Part shown: piece after piece, positions 29,753 through 40,517 of the stretch
How positions within the stretch are numbered: position 1 is the first letter of the stretch
Layout of the letters: every line of letters begins with the position of its first letter
NCBI GenBank assembly: GCA_903908555.1
Contig: CAIVSG010000206.1
Coordinates: forward strand, 1-62,117
Length of the DNA: 62,117 nucleotides
Reading direction: 5' to 3'
Origin: an uncultured Chlorobiaceae bacterium
GTDB taxonomy: Bacteria > Bacteroidota > Chlorobiia > Chlorobiales > Chlorobiaceae
Notes under the pieces: model-generated
Seen by the model: the letters and a program-made list of their open reading frames with translations, nothing else
Database searches by the model: none
What the model was told of the DNA's origin: nothing
Program-made: the position numbers and the translations under genes

Positions 29753-31753
29753 CTAACTCGCCCCCCCGCCCATTCCCACCATTTCTAAAGCAAATTCATA
29801 CTCTTTATCAAACGGTAGCTGCAGTTGTTCCAGGTACTCAGGGAATGCTTTTGCCCAGCTCACATAGTAGTAAGCCAGCACCTGGTAACCGGTGAAGCTT
29901 TTGCCTGCAATCAACGGCACCGTATAGCCTTCAGCATCCGGGCTGATGCCGTCCCCGCAAAGCAGGCCTATCTGCATTGCAATGGCGTTAATCTCAGAGC
30001 CGCTTAGCTTCTCGAAGTAATGCAGCGCTTCAACCATGAACCGAGTCACTGCCATATTGATATCTTTGCCCTCGTGCGCCTCAGTGAAAACCTGCATCTT
30101 CTTGTCTGCAAGAATTTCTGCCGGATGTTCAGCATCACTGCCGGACAAGTCAACCTTAGCATCTGCGCACAGGCGCTCTATCAAGTCGCGATGCTGCCGG
30201 AAACCTGACTCTTCAACAAGCGAGAAATAGTTCTGCAGATAAAGCTGCTTTGCAAAACTCTGCAGTAGCTTGTATTCATCACCAGGCGTGTGCATGGTGC
30301 GGCACTCCTCATATTCGTGATAGAACTTTTCTGCCTGCTCTTTTTCTGTCTTGGTTGGATTGTGTTCGTCTATAAGGTTCACCCCGTAACGCTTCATGAA
30401 TTGAAGGGCATTGACAAGATTGAAGGTCTTTGATTTCGAAAGGATTCCGGGTGGCGCAATGGTCAGGATGTTTTCGTCAGTCGTCGCATGTATTCCTTCC
30501 TGTATGAGGCCCAGCAGCGAAACGAACTGGTACGGCATGAGATCCGGGTGGTTCTGAAAAAGATAATCCTCTATAAAGAGATCAATCGGCGTGTTGAAAA
30601 TCTGGTTGTTCAGCCCTACAAATAATTTGGTGTAATACTCCCTGATGACTTCATCATCGTACCCCTTTTTGCTCATCTTCTTCGCGTCCTTATCAAGAGC
30701 GAGCAGGAATTTCTGCTTGTTTTCATCGTAGCTGACAAAGAGCTTGTTCTTGCCTGCCTGACGTGCCTGTGCAGCCAAGAACAGGTGCGTAAGCTCATGC
30801 ATAATAAGATGATGAACCGCCGGGTACTCCGGATTGTATTTGACGAGGTGATAAGACCGGTTGTGGGTTTCAGCAAACTCGATCTTGGCGGCTGTCTTTA
30901 ATGTAGTATCCCCTTCGATAACTATTTTCTTGCCGCACTCCTCCTCAAGCCTGGCAGCAAATGCATTGACAATATCTCCACCAACCTCAACATCAATTAT
31001 CTCATTCGCCGCCTTCGTGGCAGTCTGAAGCGATTGCTGATAGAGCAAATCCTTCCTTGGGTTCTTGAACAGCGCAACAACTGCTAACTGAAAAGCTTCT
31101 TTATCATTATGCTCTGCTTCTGCAAGCTTCGCATAAGCGTAATACATGTTCGGATACGCGGGATTGATCTCAAAGGCCCTGTCAAGGTATTGCCGTGCTA
31201 CTTCCGGTTTCCCGTTCTGGATCAGGTTGATGGCGACAAGAGTCAGTGTAACATAATTATCAGGCTTGTGCTGCACTGCGCATGCATAGTAGTTCATGGC
31301 AGCATCGATATCATGCTGATAGCGGGCAAGAATGTTGCCTGTCATGATAAGCGCCCACTCATTTTTGGGATCCCAGCGTAAGGCATCAATGAGGCTGTTG
31401 ATGGCATCATCCTGCTCGCCCTCTTCTGAATGGATTTGCCCAAGCACCCGGTGATACTCTGAAATCTGAGGAGCTTCCTTGATGAGTTGCGAAATCTGCT
31501 TTTTGGCCTCGTCAAAACGGCGGTCATCACAAAGGTCAAGCACTTTACGGTACCGGCTGTTGTGCTGCTCAATCAGCTCGCCTTCAATGTTGATATCGAC
31601 AATGCCATGAATAATCGTAATCCCTGGCTTGAATGGCCCTACCGTGTAAAACTTCTCGATCTCCTCTCTCAGCACATCAATATTGTTACCGGCTTCTTTT
31701 GCCTTTGGAAAAAGTTCGAACAAGAAGTCGTTTATCGGATGGATAATGTGCAT
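29753..31753 (-). CDS. TPR protein with HEXXH metallopeptidase-like motif
   Basis: N-terminal TPR helices; LIMHELTHL followed by NTPIDLFIE; start taken at MHIIHP. Confidence 0.75.
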   Translation of the reverse strand: MHIIHPINDFLFELFPKAKEAGNNIDVLREEIEKFYTVGPFKPGITIIHGIVDINIEGELIEQHNSRYRKVLDLCDDRRFDEAKKQISQLIKEAPQISEYHRVLGQIHSEEGEQDDAINSLIDALRWDPKNEWALIMTGNILARYQHDIDAAMNYYACAVQHKPDNYVTLTLVAINLIQNGKPEVARQYLDRAFEINPAYPNMYYAYAKLAEAEHNDKEAFQLAVVALFKNPRKDLLYQQSLQTATKAANEIIDVEVGGDIVNAFAARLEEECGKKIVIEGDTTLKTAAKIEFAETHNRSYHLVKYNPEYPAVHHLIMHELTHLFLAAQARQAGKNKLFVSYDENKQKFLLALDKDAKKMSKKGYDDEVIREYYTKLFVGLNNQIFNTPIDLFIEDYLFQNHPDLMPYQFVSLLGLIQEGIHATTDENILTIAPPGILSKSKTFNLVNALQFMKRYGVNLIDEHNPTKTEKEQAEKFYHEYEECRTMHTPGDEYKLLQSFAKQLYLQNYFSLVEESGFRQHRDLIERLCADAKVDLSGSDAEHPAEILADKKMQVFTEAHEGKDINMAVTRFMVEALHYFEKLSGSEINAIAMQIGLLCGDGISPDAEGYTVPLIAGKSFTGYQVLAYYYVSWAKAFPEYLEQLQLPFDKEYEFALEMVGMGGGAS

Positions 31754-31862
31754 ACAATGGGTTTTACAAGTCAGGAAACCAGATAGTTGCTTAAGATAGT
31801 CAACCTCATACACCTGCACAATCTTTCGGGCATTCTATCACTGCGTCTCTGTTTGCCCAGCT

Positions 31863-32348
31863 TTATAGCGCTTGGTCTTTTCGCTGCAAACAATGAAGTC
31901 CTTTTCTTTCAGCTCGCCAGTAAACACAATCAGGTGGGTATGATGGGCATATTTCCAGATACTCACCTGATACTTTTGAAATGATGAGAGGATGTCCTGC
32001 ACTCTTTTGCATGCATTCCTCAGCCTCTTCGATTGTGGCTACTCTTGCATGTCCGTAGGCAACCATTTCAACAGCGAGTTCATCGAGAAAAACTGACTCT
32101 GAAAAAACAGTTCCCGGGCGAAGAACTCTGCAAACTCTTTCGCCTATTGCTATAGATTTGGCGGTTCGGATGTATTCTCCTGCCTGATTGAATGACAGAA
32201 TAAGAGGTTCAAATTCGTTGATGTTTTTGTGCAGGCGTTGACCTTTTTCATCCTGAGTTAGCGGTCCCTCAGTGGAATCAAAATAGTGTAGTGCTTTCCT
32301 TATGTTTTCGAGTATGACGCATCCGGTATAATCCGCAATGGTTCCCAT
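31863..32348 (-). CDS. Hypothetical Cys-containing protein
   Basis: 161 aa; GERVCR and EICPSYPPDCVYW. Confidence 0.6.
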   Translation of the reverse strand: MGTIADYTGCVILENIRKALHYFDSTEGPLTQDEKGQRLHKNINEFEPLILSFNQAGEYIRTAKSIAIGERVCRVLRPGTVFSESVFLDELAVEMVAYGHARVATIEEAEECMQKSAGHPLIISKVSGEYLEICPSYPPDCVYWRAERKGLHCLQRKDQAL

Positions 32349-32431
32349 AATGTCTCAGGTGGGTTGCTGTTATATTTTTTGTAATATTTATTTACGAAAG
32401 TTTACCCAGTAACGGCAAACCATTTCACTCT

Positions 32432-33139
32432 ATGTGCGGTCGATTCGTCTTCTTTGAACTCAAAGATTTCATCAATCAGCTCCACCAGTACGAGCTCCCT
32501 TTTGTCGAGGCAGAGGAGATAGACTTTTCAGCAAACTACAACATTGCGCCCGATACCGATATTGTAGCTCTCTTGGGAGACAAGAGCAAGTATACTCTCA
32601 CGTTGGCCCACTGGGGTGTTATCCCGCACTGGGTAAAGGCAATGCCGAAAGTCAGGCCAATCAATGCACGTGCTGAAACCCTTGCCATAAAGCCATACTT
32701 TCGCCACATGGTGCACAGGACGCACTGCATTATCCCTGCAAGTGGCTTCTATGAATGGAAGCAAACCGGCCAGAGCAAAAAGCAGCCATACTACATTCAC
32801 CGGGCTGATGGTAAACCCATGGCTTTCGCAGGATTGTGGGACATCTGGAAGGAGGAGGCTAGTACAGCACCCGTTGTGTCGTGCACCATTATTACCACCG
32901 ATGCCAACCGCGAAATGAAATTCGTTCATGATCGAATGCCGGTTATCCTCGAACCAGAACACTGGAAAAAGTGGCTCGATGCCAGCAAGCCAGGGGCAGG
33001 AGAATTGCTGCAACCAGCCAAAGACGGCGCACTTGCTATTTATCCGGTCTCACAGAAAGTCAACAACCCAAAGAACAGCCAGCACGACTGCATTGACCCC
33101 TTTGGAAAAACCAATGAAAGCGATGAGCTGTTCAGCTAG
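32432..33139 (+). CDS. SOS response-associated peptidase (SRAP/YedK family)
   Basis: MCGRF N-terminus, YNIAP, INARAET, GFYEW, HDRMPVIL. Confidence 0.95.
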   Translation: MCGRFVFFELKDFINQLHQYELPFVEAEEIDFSANYNIAPDTDIVALLGDKSKYTLTLAHWGVIPHWVKAMPKVRPINARAETLAIKPYFRHMVHRTHCIIPASGFYEWKQTGQSKKQPYYIHRADGKPMAFAGLWDIWKEEASTAPVVSCTIITTDANREMKFVHDRMPVILEPEHWKKWLDASKPGAGELLQPAKDGALAIYPVSQKVNNPKNSQHDCIDPFGKTNESDELFS

Positions 33140-33187
33140 CAATGGGTAGGATAAAACGCTACCGACTCATACTCGCTGTCAGTGTCC

Positions 33188-33508
33188 TCAGATTTTCCTA
33201 TGTCCAGTTTCAGTTTTCAGGCTGTCAGTCACCGCACTCTTGAAATCTCTTGATATCTTGAATGTCGGCACATCTTTTTCAGCCACCATCACCTGTTCAC
33301 CGGTTCTCGGGTTGCGGGCCTTGCGCAGGTTCTTGTGGCGGATATTGAAGGAACCAAAGCCTCTGATCTCAATGCGATTCCTTGTTTTCAGCGAATCGAT
33401 GATGCTTTCAAAGAGGCAATTAACAGTAGACTCAGTTTCCATAATAGTCCGGCCGGTTTTCTCGGCAACTGTACTAATCAGATCGGCTTTTGTCGTTGTG
33501 GTTCCCAT
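33188..33508 (-). CDS. HU/IHF family DNA-binding protein
   Basis: TKADLI, IEIRGFGSF, ARNPRTGE. Confidence 0.92.
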   Translation of the reverse strand: MGTTTTKADLISTVAEKTGRTIMETESTVNCLFESIIDSLKTRNRIEIRGFGSFNIRHKNLRKARNPRTGEQVMVAEKDVPTFKISRDFKSAVTDSLKTETGHRKI

Positions 33509-33553
33509 AGTGTTATGTCCTTCATGGTTATGTTGATTTTCCCGTACTCAATA

Positions 33554-34072
33554 TCAGGCAACAGCCAGTTTGTTCAGATAGGTCTTGATAGAATCCTGCA
33601 GGCCAATTCCCAGTTTTTTGTGCATCCTGTATCGTATGCTTTCCATCCCTCTTGGGGTGATATTGGAAAAACGGGCAATTTCCACTGTATCATAGTTCAA
33701 CTTGATAAAGATGCAAACCCTCAGCTCACGCGAGTTCAGTCCGTGGTGTTTTTTCTCCAGCTTTAATAAAAATGCAGCATCGTTTTCAGTCAGTTCAATA
33801 CCAATGCGTTTGGAAGCAGTTTCAATTGCTATCAGGCGCAGGCAGGCATCAGTCATTTGCCTCTTCACCATAGGATCAATGTCAAGCGCGTGAATCTGGT
33901 CAAGCAAGTTGCGCAAGCTAGTCCCATTATTGCTTTGGTTTACAGCAGCGACTCTTGCAAGATCATTCTCATTGTTCTCTATGGTTTCTTTAAGATCAAC
34001 AATCTTTTTTTCAAGCTCAATCGGTGTCTGCTCAAGCGTTGATGTTTTTTTCCGTGTGGCTACTGCTGGCAT
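33554..34072 (-). CDS. Putative regulator with C-terminal LuxR-like HTH
   Basis: LNSRELRVC...EIARFSNITPRGMESIRYRMHKKL; coiled-coil N-terminus; start taken at MPAVAT. Confidence 0.7.
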   Translation of the reverse strand: MPAVATRKKTSTLEQTPIELEKKIVDLKETIENNENDLARVAAVNQSNNGTSLRNLLDQIHALDIDPMVKRQMTDACLRLIAIETASKRIGIELTENDAAFLLKLEKKHHGLNSRELRVCIFIKLNYDTVEIARFSNITPRGMESIRYRMHKKLGIGLQDSIKTYLNKLAVA

Positions 34073-34268
34073 GATTATTTCTCGTTTATCGATGAGGGAT
34101 AACCGTAACAATTGAACACTCTGTTTAAAGTAATAATACAGAATTGTATGGCGATATACCAAGTATATTTCGTCGGCCACTTATCAGAAAAACGGGATAA
34201 AGAGTGGGTACCTTATGCTCTGTATGCTATTATTTCCCGGCTCATGAGCTACCACCCATCTCTTCTCT

Positions 34269-34532
34269 TTAGTCAGCAAATGGATTGGTGACATTGTCTG
34301 CAGGTTTGATACTGATTTTGTCTGGCAAGTCACCTTCTTTCATACTGGCCATAATATCATTGAACAGTGTCTGCAGGATTGCAGCATTAGCAATTCCTTC
34401 CTTGTCTCGAGTGATGTCAATACTTCCGTATATGGTAATGCGATCCTCACGGTTTTCGACGGTCAGATCTCCTATGCTTAACGAGTCTGTTTCATTGGCA
34501 AATGGGGCGATCTTCATTGCATTCTTTTTCAT
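34269..34532 (-). CDS. Small hypothetical protein
   Basis: 87 aa ATG ORF with protein-like composition. Confidence 0.6.
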   Translation of the reverse strand: MKKNAMKIAPFANETDSLSIGDLTVENREDRITIYGSIDITRDKEGIANAAILQTLFNDIMASMKEGDLPDKISIKPADNVTNPFAD

Positions 34533-34660
34533 GGTGCATTTTTTTGTTTAGCGTTCATATGGTCTGTTCGATCAGCTCGCCGAAACTATCACATCTACTC
34601 AATGATTATTGATACTGAATTGTTTTTCCGTCAAATAGATGTGACTTGCTCATTATTGTA

Positions 34661-35470
34661 TCAATAATTCGATCTGGAACGATAAGGTTTTGGCTTGGGT
34701 AGCTCGAGTTGCAGCTGTTTGGCTGAAGCGGATAGTTTCGGGAAAAAGTTGATGCCAGCCAGTTTCTCCAATTCGCTGATGCTCAGTATCTGCAATTCAT
34801 CACTGTCTTCATTTTTAACGTAGTATGCCGCACCCCTGTTCTTTTTGGGGTCAAAGACCAATTTGTAAACATGTGTTGGTACTAAAACCCTGCCATTCAG
34901 TCGAGTAATATTAGCTCCCTGGTAGAGCGGTCCCGTGATGACATAGAGTTCTCCGGTATTGAGTACAAGAGTTCTTAATGAAGATTCAATACCTTCCCAT
35001 AGAATCGTGTTCAGCTTGTGATTCTGGGGTATCATGTTGGCCAGAGTGAAGCATTGCTGCCGTGCGCTTCTGTTTGGCATATCTGCACTTGGCGCCATGT
35101 GCCCGCGGTCAAATCCAGATCGTACATAATCCGTCAATTCAGCCCGTTCATCGGCTGGCAGGTTATCTTCATGATGAAAGGCTGCACGCCCTTTCAATTC
35201 CCGTGCATTCTCAATGCTTTCTCTGGTAAGATGTTCAGCAGACCAGATGGGAGTTCGGGAGATACCGGAGTGCATGACCGCAAAGTTTTCGTAGCATAAT
35301 TCACGGGCCTTTGCTTTAAGAGAGGCTTTTTGAATATCCGGAGCAACTCCGTTCAAATACTGCGCAGGGCACGCTGTTGTTGCAGCAGATACGGTCTGAG
35401 CGGTAGATGCAATCAAAAACATGAGGAGGATAACTATCCATGAGCTCCTCTTATGCGTGCATTTTTTCAT
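34661..35470 (-). CDS. Secreted DNA/RNA non-specific endonuclease (NucA/EndA family)
   Basis: Signal peptide; SGFDRGHMAP; ANMIPQ; YVITGP. Confidence 0.92.
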   Translation of the reverse strand: MKKCTHKRSSWIVILLMFLIASTAQTVSAATTACPAQYLNGVAPDIQKASLKAKARELCYENFAVMHSGISRTPIWSAEHLTRESIENARELKGRAAFHHEDNLPADERAELTDYVRSGFDRGHMAPSADMPNRSARQQCFTLANMIPQNHKLNTILWEGIESSLRTLVLNTGELYVITGPLYQGANITRLNGRVLVPTHVYKLVFDPKKNRGAAYYVKNEDSDELQILSISELEKLAGINFFPKLSASAKQLQLELPKPKPYRSRSNY

Positions 35471-35896
35471 GTAAGGTTTTGTTTTGTTATTGGATTAGCT
35501 CCTTTTCAGCCAATGTGCTGCAGCAGGAGGCCTCTGCAAGATCTGAAATGAAAGAACGGCGAAGAACTGCTTTTTCATGGAGGCAAAAAAATGCTCAATT
35601 GCGGCAAGTGGGTTTGACGTAATATGCGAAAAATAAGCCAGTTAGCCTACCAAATAATTTGGAACAGCGGGTATAATCTGAGCTCAAATCAAGTGAGTAT
35701 TTTGTAGTCGTGGCGAGCGGCCCATAGCGTCCTGCTTGCTCCAAGCTGATGCTTTCCGCCAGCACGGCACTCTGTGCCTAAGAGCTGTTTGTGCATTTTT
35801 TGTATCGGGCTTGGCGGTGTGTCAGCAAAGTCAAAGCAAGCTGATTTCAGAATCAAAAATGAGATCATTAGATTGCAAAAAAAGGAGCGCAGGGAT

Positions 35897-36082
35897 ATGA
35901 CCAAGAGAAAAGATACCAGTAGGAAATCTTTTGAGTATCCGATAATAGAAGAAGGGCTAATCTTGAACGGGGGGCAGGACGAGGAAAGCCCGGAATATGG
36001 CGTGCCGAAACCACCGGCAACTATACCGCCCGAACAAGACTTGCAGAAGAAAAAACCCGGTAGCTCGGAGCCTCAAAAGTAA
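35897..36082 (+). CDS. Small hypothetical protein
   Basis: 61 aa from an ATG with purine-rich upstream sequence; Pro-rich and charged. Confidence 0.35.
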   Translation: MTKRKDTSRKSFEYPIIEEGLILNGGQDEESPEYGVPKPPATIPPEQDLQKKKPGSSEPQK

Positions 36083-36306
36083 CCTCTTGTTTGCTTTGCG
36101 TCGGTAAGGGCTTGTAATAAAAAAGCGGGGCAGGGAAGACCGTAGCCTTTCCCACGAACTGGCCAGCATTACCTGCACTCGTTCACCCGCAAAAGAATTA
36201 GACAAAATAAATACATAAAACCAGCCCACCCCTCCTCTTCGCTCTGTGCAGCGCTGCAGTTCTTCGCTTTTCCCGCAAGAGCCTGCATTCGCAGCCGGTT
36301 GCTTCC

Positions 36307-36450
36307 ATGGATTCCATCAACCAACGCTATGGGAGCGGGTATATTCGGACTGCGTTAGAAAACCGGGACTCATGGAAACTAAATCAGGCAAAGCTCTCAC
36401 CTCCTTACCCTACACGATGGAGCGATATCATTTCCGTCAGAAGTTCAAAC
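36307..36450 (+). pseudogene. Stand-alone UmuC C-terminal (DUF4113-like) fragment
   Basis: MDSINQRYGSG...WKLNQAKLSPPYPTRWSDIISV aligns with the UmuC tail MDAINKRYGRG...WKPNQERLSSCYTTLWNDIIEV. Confidence 0.7.
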
Positions 36451-36580
36451 AATATTGTGGTATTGTATTTATGTGTTAATGAATACAATACCACAATCCA
36501 TAACACACAGAGCTATCTGTGGGGGATTCGGGGGAGATACATTCCTTATCACCATGCGCCACATCTGGTTATAACTCCGT

Positions 36581-36637
36581 TACGTAAACAGCCCAGTCAA
36601 TCATACCCGGTTTACCGGATTGAATCCGACCGTCAAA
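36581..36637 (+). repeat. 57-bp direct repeat, copy 1
   Basis: 54 of 57 identical to 38981-39037. Confidence 0.9.
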
Positions 36638-36778
36638 GCACGCACCGGCTTAGAGGCAGCGTTGCTGAACCTGTTTCATGAAATCAAGGGAACAGAAAGA
36701 AGTCTCATCATTGGCATTGCGTCGCAAATTATCGCATGAAGTTGATTTATGTTCAGTATTTTTGTAAGTTCAAATTAA

Positions 36779-37831
36779 ATGAACATGAAATATATTGAAC
36801 ATAAATATGCCGGAGACAACACAGAAATCCTTCGGCAGGCTATGGAGGCCCTGAATACAATCGCTCCACTGGAATGCGCGATTGAACCGGCTCACGTCCT
36901 TCATAACGAGGGACAATACTACCTTGTGAAGGGAAAAGTTTTCGGAAAAGAATTTGTTTGGTGCGTCGAAGTTAAAAAAAATCTCACCAAAACAGGCGAG
37001 ATCCAGGTTCTCCTCAACATGGACAAGATGCAGCATCCATTTTTCTTGGCTACAAGATACATTCCCCCGGAGGCAGCGACAAGATTACGCAACGCTGGCA
37101 TCCAGTTCATCGACACGGTCGGAAACGCCTTTGTCAATCAACCGCCACTGTTGATTGTTGTTCAAGGAAATAAACCAGAAAAGGGAGAAACCGCCCTTAC
37201 AACAGCTCGTATCTTCAGAGGAGTCGGATTGAAGATCGTTTATCTCTTTTTGTGCCAACCAGAACTCGTCGAGAGGACGTATCGCGATTTGGCCGAGATG
37301 ACGAATGTCGCCTTGGGGACAGTGAAAAGCACCATGACCGAACTGATCCAGAAAGGCTTTGTCTTCGATATGGGCAAAAAAGGAAAAAAGCTTCAGGACA
37401 ACAAGAAGCTCTTTGAGCGCTGGATTGCAGCATATCCCGACTACTTAAAACCTAAACTGTTAATAGGACGATTCAGGGGTGATGGGGACTGGTGGAAGGA
37501 TATCCCACTGGATCCCACCCTCGCACAGTGGGGAGGAGAAATTGCCGCAGCAAAACTAACAGGATACTTAAAACCGGACACGGTAACGTTGTATGCGGAT
37601 AAGCATCGTTTCGGAGAACTGGTGATCGCCAATAAACTAAAAAAGGATCCGAAGGGTAATATAGAGATTCTTGAGCGGTTCTGGCCACTGGAGAATGTCG
37701 TTGATGAAGGCGATACGGTGCATCCGATCCTGATCTACGCTGACCTTGTCGCCATAGGCGACCAACGAACCATGGAAACCGCACGGATAATATATGAGCA
37801 ACATATCGATCAATATTTCAGGCAGGATTGA
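36779..37831 (+). CDS. Type IV toxin-antitoxin AbiEi-family antitoxin
   Basis: FIDTVGN, HTH YRDLAEMTNVALGTV, WGGE.AA, HPILIYADL; overlaps a nucleotidyltransferase gene. Confidence 0.8.
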   Translation: MNMKYIEHKYAGDNTEILRQAMEALNTIAPLECAIEPAHVLHNEGQYYLVKGKVFGKEFVWCVEVKKNLTKTGEIQVLLNMDKMQHPFFLATRYIPPEAATRLRNAGIQFIDTVGNAFVNQPPLLIVVQGNKPEKGETALTTARIFRGVGLKIVYLFLCQPELVERTYRDLAEMTNVALGTVKSTMTELIQKGFVFDMGKKGKKLQDNKKLFERWIAAYPDYLKPKLLIGRFRGDGDWWKDIPLDPTLAQWGGEIAAAKLTGYLKPDTVTLYADKHRFGELVIANKLKKDPKGNIEILERFWPLENVVDEGDTVHPILIYADLVAIGDQRTMETARIIYEQHIDQYFRQD

Positions 37832-38669
37832 CCCTGAGCAAGTATCTGTTCTCAGGAACATCAATGATGTTGCCAAAGAACTCAACATAAATTTTTTCGT
37901 AGTTGGGGCGTTTGCTCGCGACGTGGTCTTTGAACATATCCATCAGATATCCGCTCCTCGAATGACGGAAGACATCGATATTGGCATTGAGGTGGCAAGC
38001 TGGGAAGAATTCAAACGCTTGACTGACAACCTGATTGAGCGCGGGCATTTCTCCCCGACAAATTTACCGCACCGATTCAGTGCCAGTTCATATCCCACCC
38101 TTATAGATATCGTGCCATACGGAGGGATTAGCGACGAGACAAAGCGAATCAGTTGGCCTCCAAACCATGACATGATTATGAGTATCCTCGGGTTTGAAGA
38201 AGCGTATCAATCAGCATTGAACGTACGTTTAAGCAACGAGCCGCCTGTGGAGATTCTGGTTCCTTCGGTACCGGCACTGGCACTTCTGAAGATTATCTCT
38301 TGGGACGACGCATATCCAAGACGCGAGCGTGACGCTCTTGATCTGCTCTTCATTCTTGAAAAATACGAAGCAACTGATATTCTGAATAAACTGTACAAAT
38401 CCCATGTACCTTTGCTCACCGAGGAAGAATTTGACACCCAGCTTGCTTCCGTTCGACTACTCGGACGGGAAATAGCGCAGTTGAGCAACATGGAGACGGT
38501 TAAAACGATAGAGAAAATTCTGAACCGTGAAACCGACGAAGACCAAGAGTTAAGAATGCTCGCCAATATGGTCAAAGGTGTTTCATTTCAGAGCACCAAG
38601 TTTGAGCATGCTCTGCAGCTACTAAAAAAGCTCTTGCAAGGAATTCGAGATGAAATGACAAGGGAGTGA
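37794..38669 (+). CDS. AbiEii/AbiGii-family nucleotidyltransferase toxin
   Basis: VGAFARD, RMTEDID, LKIISW, RDALDL. Confidence 0.82.
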   Translation: MSNISINISGRIDPEQVSVLRNINDVAKELNINFFVVGAFARDVVFEHIHQISAPRMTEDIDIGIEVASWEEFKRLTDNLIERGHFSPTNLPHRFSASSYPTLIDIVPYGGISDETKRISWPPNHDMIMSILGFEEAYQSALNVRLSNEPPVEILVPSVPALALLKIISWDDAYPRRERDALDLLFILEKYEATDILNKLYKSHVPLLTEEEFDTQLASVRLLGREIAQLSNMETVKTIEKILNRETDEDQELRMLANMVKGVSFQSTKFEHALQLLKKLLQGIRDEMTRE

Positions 38670-38980
38670 GACCACATCAAGGCATAGCAAATAATCGGCC
38701 TTCAGCTTTATCAATAACCATAACAGGCCGTGACCATTTCCTTAACGGTTTTTAAATCCGTTGTCTGAAGCGACCCCTATTATATCTTCTTCAGCGTATC
38801 ACGCTAAAGCTTTTTACAAGCAAGGGCGGTGCCTTTGCCATGACAAGCACTGCCATATACAGGAAAACGGCTGCTTGTGGAAAACGTCTGTTTTACTCCT
38901 TTTACCTTCGGGCATGCTGGCTCCATTACGCGCTACTTGTGCCCCACAACTCCTCTGCTTCTTTCCCATAGCTTTCCCAG

Positions 38981-39037
38981 TACGTAAACAGCCCAGTCAA
39001 TCATACCCGGTGTACCGGATGGAATCCGACAGTCAAA
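38981..39037 (+). repeat. 57-bp direct repeat, copy 2
   Basis: Matches 36581-36637; diverged third copy near 40405-40452. Confidence 0.9.
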
Positions 39038-39432
39038 CCATATAGGCCAGTTTGACGGCGGGTCTATCGTAAGTCATACCGCTTCTCGTACAGCAAGTCG
39101 TAAGGTAAGCTGCGGGTGCATGACCGCTCCGGGTCATGTTGAAGGGATATTGTCAATGGTTCGTCCTTTTTTTCCTTTTGGTACTGCAAGTCGTTGCCCT
39201 TCTCAATTTCTGTTCCTGCTCTTGTGATCTCATGTGGTGTGGAAAAAATGGCTTGGTAGTTCTAACTGGCATACCAGGCTGCTTCCGGTTTCTCCCACCC
39301 GCTTTCGCTAGGGCGGATAACCGGTTCAGGGCAGCCCGGCGTTCAGGTCATGCAGTCATACCGTCCTCGCTTGTCCCCTGTTGCTGTAGTGCACGTTCGC
39401 ATTGCATCAATTACAAACTTAAGGAGAATGAT

Positions 39433-40263
39433 ATGTCAGTTACAGTCTATGAAATCATCACAGATCAGATTATAGCACAGCTTGAAAAGGGTGTTGCACC
39501 CTGGCGTAAGCCCTGGACAGTTGGTTTACCAAAGAATCTCGTTTCCGGTAAGGTCTACCGGGGGATCAACCTCTTTCTACTCTCCATGGCAGGGAGTGAA
39601 TATTTTGTAACAAGAAAACAGGCTGAATCACTCGGTGGCAAAATTCGGTGCAAAGGATTGCCTGTCGTGTTCTGGAAGATGCGGGAGTGGGAAAACCTGA
39701 AAACCGGCGAGAAAGAACAGATCCCATTTCTTCGGTATTACCGAGTCTATCCGGTAACTGGAGTTGAAGGATTGGTCGAGCCGTCATCCGGTAAGGAGAT
39801 CAACACCTCAATCGAAACAGCCGAGACAATAATCAGGGAGATGCCGAATCGGCCGGTGATCAACTATGGAGGGAATAAGGCTAGCTATTCTCCTTCAAAA
39901 GATGAAGTAAAGATGCCGGAGTTACAGAGTTTTATGGATAGCTCTCATTTTTTTCACACATCGTTTCATGAATTATCACACTCCACTGGACACGAATCTC
40001 GCCTGAACAGGCCAGGAGTAACCAATAACTGGGAATTCGGCTCTCACGAGTACTCCGATGAAGAGCTTGTTGCCGAAATGACCGCTTCGTTCCTCTCCGG
40101 AATTGCAGGCATCGAGCAAAACATACTGGAGAATTCGGCGTCATATCTCAACGCCTGGCTTACCAGAATAAAAGCCGATCCAAAATTGATCGTACAAATC
40201 GGATCAAGAGCCCAGAAGGCAGCCGATTACATTCTTGGCTACCATAACGAATCCCCCGGTTAG
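39433..40263 (+). CDS. ardC: ArdC-like antirestriction ssDNA-binding protein with zincin-like domain
   Basis: PWRKPW, YRGIN, HELSHSTGH..RLNR, YSDEELVAE, SASYLNAW; AAGGAG RBS before ATG 39433. Confidence 0.9.
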   Translation: MSVTVYEIITDQIIAQLEKGVAPWRKPWTVGLPKNLVSGKVYRGINLFLLSMAGSEYFVTRKQAESLGGKIRCKGLPVVFWKMREWENLKTGEKEQIPFLRYYRVYPVTGVEGLVEPSSGKEINTSIETAETIIREMPNRPVINYGGNKASYSPSKDEVKMPELQSFMDSSHFFHTSFHELSHSTGHESRLNRPGVTNNWEFGSHEYSDEELVAEMTASFLSGIAGIEQNILENSASYLNAWLTRIKADPKLIVQIGSRAQKAADYILGYHNESPG

Positions 40264-40517
40264 GGCGGGGGTTTTGATTTATTTGTGTATCGGTGCAGGA
40301 AAACAATTCAGAAACCTGCACTGGATACACATGGTTTTTTTCGAGATCAGCATGTCGGTAAGTATACTCATATCTGTAATTCGTACTGTAAACAACGAGT
40401 AAGAAGCCAAGTCAGTCATAGCCGGTGTACCGGTATTGAATCCGCCAGTCAGGCCATTTATTCCAGCCTGCCTGCGGGTCTATCGTATATCATACCCTGT
40501 GTACCGGACAGCAAAGC

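Noticed and set aside
39136-39432. 99-aa N-terminal extension of ArdC
   Set aside because: Not protein-like; a strong RBS precedes ATG 39433
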